In this document: in pieces, positions 57,869 through 64,000 of the stretch
Layout: each line of letters starts with the position of its first letter
Position numbering within the stretch: the first letter of the stretch is position 1
Source of the DNA: Octopus vulgaris
Lineage: Eukaryota
NCBI GenBank assembly: GCA_951406725.2
Contig: OX597819.1
Span: 93,310,001-93,374,000 of the forward strand
Direction of reading: 5' to 3'
Length of the DNA stretch: 64,000 nt
Program-made: the position numbers and the translations under genes
Notes under the pieces: generated by a model
The model's database searches: none
Told to the model about the DNA's origin: nothing
Seen by the model: the letters and a program-made list of their open reading frames with translations, nothing else

Positions 57869-58680
57869 TGAATGTGTGTTGGTATGTGGATAAGACGGGG
57901 GTGTGTCCTAGCTCTTAAGGAAGACCATGCAATTTTCAATATCAAAAATATAATTGGAATAAGGTACACAATGTAAGGTGTCTTGTTCCCAGTTGTCTCT
58001 CACAAAAATGAAAGTGTTTTATTAAAATCTAATTTGTTAATTACATTCGTTTATATCTTTGGCGAGCGTTGCTTGCCTTGCATCGTATGTGCACGCATCT
58101 ATATAAGCTGCAAGGAAGAATGGACGCCATGTTAAGAAATTCATTTAGTCTCGATTTCGAGCATGAGACGTTTTGGCGAAGCCATGTCGGCGCCGCCTAT
58201 TTAGAGACGTTGGTTCGGTGCAGTCTTATTTGACATAGAATATTTTCATGTTTTTCCTATTTTAGTATTTCTCTCGTCTTTACTCTCTTTGTCTCTTTCT
58301 CTGCTTATGTATGCGGGCATCTACTTATGTTTCTGTATATTTGTAATGTTTCACATTCAGCGTCTCTTTTAGTCTCTCTATGCCACCTTGCCCTCCCCCT
58401 CTCTCTCTATCTATATATCTATCTATCTCTATCTTTATCTATTTCTCTATCTCTATTGCGTGCGTGAGTGTAAATATATATTTTGTGTTTTCATGCAGAA
58501 AATAAACAGAGTACTCAACACATAAGAGTGTATAGAGTCTTTCCATCAAATATAAAATTTCATGCGATTGATGCCAGTCAACCATTTTCTTGGTTTCACA
58601 GTATTTCACTTGCGTGTTTTCACCTGTACATGCATATACACATATATGTGGATGTGGGTTTATATACATATACGTGTAAG

Positions 58681-58721
<41 letters not shown>

Positions 58722-59174
58722 ATATTCATACATACATACATATGTCTGTGTGCATGCGTATGTATGTATACTTACATAAATATATACATGTTCATAAATA
58801 TAAAAATGCATGTTTACATATATATACATATATATATAAATACACACTCACACACGCGTATACATATACATATGTGTATAAAAATTGTTATGAATCAAAA
58901 AAGTGCAGGAATAAAAGAAATGAAATTGAAAATGCACAAAGAATATATTAAAATTAATTAGAATTTAATTATATTTTTAAATTATGAAATATAGAAATAC
59001 ACGTCACCGGTTTCACATTAGATTTTCAAAAGTATCTAGTAGATGGAACTGTGACACGAATTATATATACTCTCAGTCCATTTCAACTTCATTTCTGATA
59101 TGTATATACATCAATGTAACCACACACTTACTGTTGGCGATTTCTTTTTCTTCTTTGGACTTTTCCTTTTCTCT

Positions 59175-59207
59175 TTTCTGACGAAAAGCTTTGCTCGAAA
59201 CGTCAAA
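59175..59207 (+). ncRNA. Minimal type I hammerhead ribozyme
   Basis: TTT-CTGACGA-A-AAGC-TTT-GCTC-GAAA-CG-TC-AAA. Core intact, with one stem II mismatch. Confidence 0.7.
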
Positions 59208-59370
59208 TTCTCTCTTTTTAAGACATTCATTGTGTACACCCTTTTGTCCGTTAATCATATTATTCGGGTTTTTTTTCAAATTTTAAATTGATTGTTTATC
59301 TGATTGTTTATCTGAATTGGCTCCATAACTATCGTCTCGGCCACAACATTGGAGCTCTAGTAATCCGTGT

Positions 59371-59411
<41 letters not shown>

Positions 59412-60011
59412 CACACACATACACACACAAAGTATGGGTGTTTATTTCACAGGTGATCTAAACGATTAGGTACACTAGGTAAGGGTTGTAACGGATTACT
59501 AGGGCTCGAATGTTGTGGCCGAGACGGTAGTTATGGAGCCACTGCAGATTTCCAATAATGCGGATAGATAATTGTTAAAAAAGACAATAAACGTTAAGGC
59601 AAGACAAACATCTCGAGTTATATACATTATTATTATTGGAAAAAAATTCTGGGAGTATGGAATATTCCGTCATCAGAGACAAATAGGGAAAATGAGAAAG
59701 GTATAGATTTATGAAATGAAGACATAGAGGACAGGAGTCCTCTATGACATAAAAACTTAAAGAAATAAGGAGATTAAGAGAAAGAAGAAAAAAGAAGCAT
59801 AAAAGTTCACAGTTCAACTTTCTGAAGTTGTAGATATAAGGACTTAGGTACAATCCTGCGTAGATCTATGCATTTCTTTCTACAACATCGGAAAGTTGAA
59901 CTGTGAACTTTTATGCTTCTTTTTCTTCTCTCTCTTCATCTCCTTATTCCTTTACTCCTGTCCCCTTTGTCGTCATTTCATTAATCTATACCCTTCTCGT
60001 TTTTCCTGTTT

Positions 60012-60067
60012 GTCTCTGATGACGGATCATTCCATACTCTGAGATATCCCAGAAACAGCTGTGAGAC
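60012..60067 (+). ncRNA. Hammerhead ribozyme motif (non-canonical cleavage triplet)
   Basis: GTCT-CTGATGA-(cGGAT...ATCCca)-GAAA-CAGCTG-TG-AGAC. Palindromic stem III; UG instead of UH. Confidence 0.6.
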
Positions 60068-60122
60068 TTTGAATTTTTTCCAATAATAATAATATATGAC
60101 TTAAGATGTTTGCCTCCTTAGC

Positions 60123-60279
<157 letters not shown>

Positions 60280-60519
60280 TATTATATGCATATATATATT
60301 ATATATATTCACTATGTGTGTGTGTGTCTTTGTGTCTGTGTTTATTCCACCACCACCGCTTGATAACTGGCCTTGGTGTGTATATGTCCCCATCATCTAG
60401 CGGTTCCGCAAAAGAGACGGATAGAATAAGCACCAGGCTTTAAAAAATAAGTACTGTGGTCGATTCATTTGACTAAAAGAATTCTTAAAGGCGGTGCCCA
60501 GTATGGCCGAACATATGGT

Positions 60520-60773
60520 ATAATTATAAACAGGGCAAATTTTAGCCATTTATCCACAAACTAATGTGTGTCTGTCTGTGTGTTTCCCTAAAACTTGATA
60601 ACTACACAACCAATTTCATTCAAATTTTACACATACCTTACTTAGGGTCCATGTAGTGCCATGGGCAGAAATATGTTCAACTTCTTGCCTGGGGCGAGCC
60701 CACAGCAATATCATATCTTCTCCACTATTTCAGTATTACGTGTTAAAAGTGAAACAAAAATATCTCTCAATTG

Positions 60774-60812
<39 letters not shown>

Positions 60813-61721
60813 TACAAAATATAAAGTTATATCTTGAGATCGTTAGTGACAACAACGCTCAACATATATAACAGACTGGAAGAGTAGTGCTCAAATGAGC
60901 TGTATACACTTTTTAATTCGAGGGGAGGCAATGCGAGCAGCAACTACAAGAGCACTACAAAATCCACAGAAAGATAAAACACATATATGTATTCATTTAT
61001 ATCTACAGAACAGATATAAAGCCCGACGTTTAGAAATATATAGTAATATATAAATGTATAAACATCATATAAAAATATATTGTACGCATAAGATCCCCTC
61101 GACGTTCCATAAGAAATTTAGAAATAAAAATAGCAATAAAAGTTAGAGGTAATAATAACAATTGAATTAAATATAGTAAATATAGTAAGTAGTAATTAAA
61201 ATAAAACTAAAGTATGGTAATTAAATCATAATATAACAATTAAAAGAAAAAATAGCAATTAGTATAAAATGTATCAAGGACTTGAACTCGAATATGTGGC
61301 TTTGCATGAATTGGAGAAATTAACATAAAAAATTTAATTGAGTGCAGAAGTGAATTAGTCCAGATGGAGCTGTGCGCAATACCATTTACTATAGCTGCTA
61401 GATTGAATTATATACTTATAAAGTAGCATTCAGTATCTATAAGAATTTTTGGGAGTACGTAACGTCTGGTCTTTCGCATGTAGCAGTTATGTAATTGTCC
61501 ATTTGTTTCCGTGTACTATGCGTTGTGTGTAAAATACATCCTGACGAGGGGGGTGTCAATTTTAAATATATGATATGTTTCATATTAATTGGCGCATCTC
61601 CGAAACGGCCTGAAGATGAACTTTTATGTATTTTTGTAAATTTGTATGTTTATCTTCTATGTATTTTTCTCTGGAATTTTAATTCGCATTATGAACCCGG
61701 CAAAACCGGGTCATAATGCTA

Positions 61722-61722
<1 letters not shown>
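60520..61722 (+). mobile_element. Non-autonomous Helitron-like element with nested PLE-type fragment
   Basis: 3' hairpin GCATTATGAACCCGG-CAAAA-CCGGGTCATAATG followed by CTAG|T. The 5' part has TATAATTATAAA and GTCTGTCTGT. The 5' boundary is approximate. Confidence 0.55.
61537..61618 (+). ncRNA. Degenerate hammerhead motif with long stem II
   Basis: CATC-CTGACGA-[GGGGGGTGTCAATT...AATTGGCGCATCTCC]-GAAA-CGGCCTG-AA-GATG. Confidence 0.55.
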
Positions 61723-61779
<57 letters not shown>

Positions 61780-61788
61780 TACATACAT

Positions 61789-61837
<49 letters not shown>

Positions 61838-63423
61838 CAATCTTGATCAACTTTCTTCTAGTACATGTTGGTGTTCATCAGTTTTTTTGCCGTTCCTCTC
61901 TTGTTCACAGCCAAAATATTAAGTTTAGTGCTGAGATTTTCTAGCAAGAGTCAGCTGGTTTAATACAAATTTCCATCTCGTACTTGCATATTGTACATAC
62001 ATCTCATTATACACGCTGGGTTTCGTTTTGCTTGTTATATCTATTTTCTTTTTGTTTGTTTTTTTTAATGGTGTCGTGCTATGCTATTAAGCGCAGATCC
62101 AGAAACCTCCATACCTCGTTAGTGCTTTCAAGTTTTATTTCCATCCGTATTTGTTTTCTATTTATGTTTTGTAAAGCACTCCAATTTTACCAACATAATT
62201 AGTTTACGATATAATTGAAAAACAACTTATGCGCGATCGCGTTAACTGCTAGAAGTAGCGAGCAAATCTGCTATAAATTAAAGGTACTGCTTTATAAAAG
62301 ATACGTTACATTATATAGTTCTAGAGTCACAATACCGAAAAAATTACAGGACAGTTGCGGTCGGATTGTCTTTGATCAGAGCTCAGTTTGATTGATCAAG
62401 ACTGACCTGAAACTGAACAACAACACCAGCAAGAGCAACAGCTGGAGGCGCAATGGCCCAGTGGTAAGGGCAGCGGACTCGCGGTCGGAGGATCGCGGTT
62501 TCGATTCCCAGACGTGTGTGTTTATTGAGCGAAAACACCTTAAGCTCCACGAGGCTCCGGAAGGGGTGGTGGCGACCCCTGTTGTACTCTTTCGCTCCAA
62601 CTTTCTCTCACTTTTTCTTCCTGTTTCTTCCTGTTTCTTGTCTGGGGTTGACCTGCTTTCTCTTCTGGGGGTCTTACGAATAGCAAAAGACCACGTTTTG
62701 GACTTCTACCATTAGGGACGAAGACCGCTTCGCTCAACAAACAAACAAGCAGCAGCAACACATTAATTCCTTTATGCATTGGTTCCCGTTCAAGTTTGAA
62801 CGACGTCGACATTCATCTTTCGTTATGGCAGGGTTTAGATCATTTAAATGCGTGCCAACCAGTAACTAGGCTTTAGTTACACCTTAAACGTTGGAATAGC
62901 TGAGTGGTTAAGAAGCTCATTTTTCAACCATGCGGTTTCAGGTTCAGTCCTGCTGAGTAAATTTTTGGATAAAAGTTTTTGCTGTAGCCCCTGACCGGAC
63001 AGTGTCTTGTGAGTGAATTTGGTTAACGGAAACTGGTTTACGAAGACCATCTTGTGCATATATATTTATATGTATATATGTGTGTGTCTATCTGTCTTTG
63101 TGTTTGTTTGCCAATGCCCCAGCACCACTTGACAACTGCTGTTGGTTTGTTTACGTCCACGCATGAAACCGACTGATGCAATAAGTACCAGGCTCAAAAT
63201 AGGGTAACTCATCCCACCACCCTGCTCCCTCGCACTGTTGTCACTATACCCCCCAATCGCCCCCTCTCCACTGCCGAGCGCTCTCTCCTCAGTAGGGGAC
63301 TCCGCTTCACGCCTCTCACGCGTCACTGCGACGAATTTGAAGCTTTCAAAATGTGACCGCGTGTGTACCGTTGGCAATTTTTTTTCCTCCGTCTTCCCTT
63401 CTCTGGATCTTCCCTTTTCCTAT

Positions 63424-63458
63424 GTTTCTGACGAAGAGCTCCGCTCGAAACGTAAAAC
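63424..63458 (+). ncRNA. Minimal type I hammerhead ribozyme, intact core
   Basis: GTTT-CTGACGA-A-GAGC-TCC-GCTC-GAAA-CG-TA-AAAC. Stems I and II are perfect, stem III is the ACGT palindrome, and the cleavage triplet is GUA. Confidence 0.8.
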
Positions 63459-63949
63459 CCTCCTTCTTCCCTTCCTGAGCGTCCAGTAATACTATATTTG
63501 TTCCACGTCCTCGCGTTGTGTTTTCTCTTGGTGTTTTCATGTTTGGATTAACTTTATATATATATATATATATATAAATATATATACGTATATACGTATG
63601 TGTGTGTATATATATATATATAAACATGTATGTATTTGTGTGTGTGTGTGTGGGAAGGCGCATGGCTTAGTGGTTAGGGGGGTTGCACTGACATTTGCGA
63701 GATTGTGGATTTGATTTCCAGACTAGGTGTTGCGTTATATTCTTGCGCAAAGTACTTCCTTTCACGTTGCTCTGCGATCATTTCGTCATCTGACACGTGG
63801 CACACAGTGCACCTGTACAGGTAATGTTGATTTGGTGGAGGGTGTGAGCTTATGTGTACACAAACATTTGATCTTGATAAACAAAAAATCTGTGTGGTTC
63901 TTTAGTAAGACATTCTTCAACCCTCATACATCGTCTAACGACGGGAGAG

Positions 63950-63988
<39 letters not shown>

Positions 63989-64000
63989 ATATGTACGCAT

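Overview
AT-rich, microsatellite-saturated animal genomic DNA. The (TA)n/(TAGA)n/(CA)n load and the SINE families suggest an octopus or other coleoid cephalopod (inference). Almost all listed ORFs are microsatellite artefacts. Real coding signals: (1) the first coding exon of a T-type (Cav3) calcium channel alpha-1 gene at 44203-44717, ending at a minor-spliceosome (U12) donor ATATCCTTT, with the intron apparently running off the window; (2) a 5'-truncated Penelope-like element (RT + GIY-YIG, ~15996-17810) fused head-to-head to an intronless, 5'-truncated AMN1-like LRR fragment; (3) decayed Tc1, mariner and LINE remnants. The main non-coding signal is about a dozen minimal type-I hammerhead ribozyme (HHR) motifs in short Penelope-type/non-autonomous repeats. 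These include a U3:A8 covariant core and a recurrent A6U variant. Several lie in fold-back inverted repeats, and four lie in sense orientation inside the Cav3 U12 intron. All calls come from manual reading; no database searches or folding programs were run.
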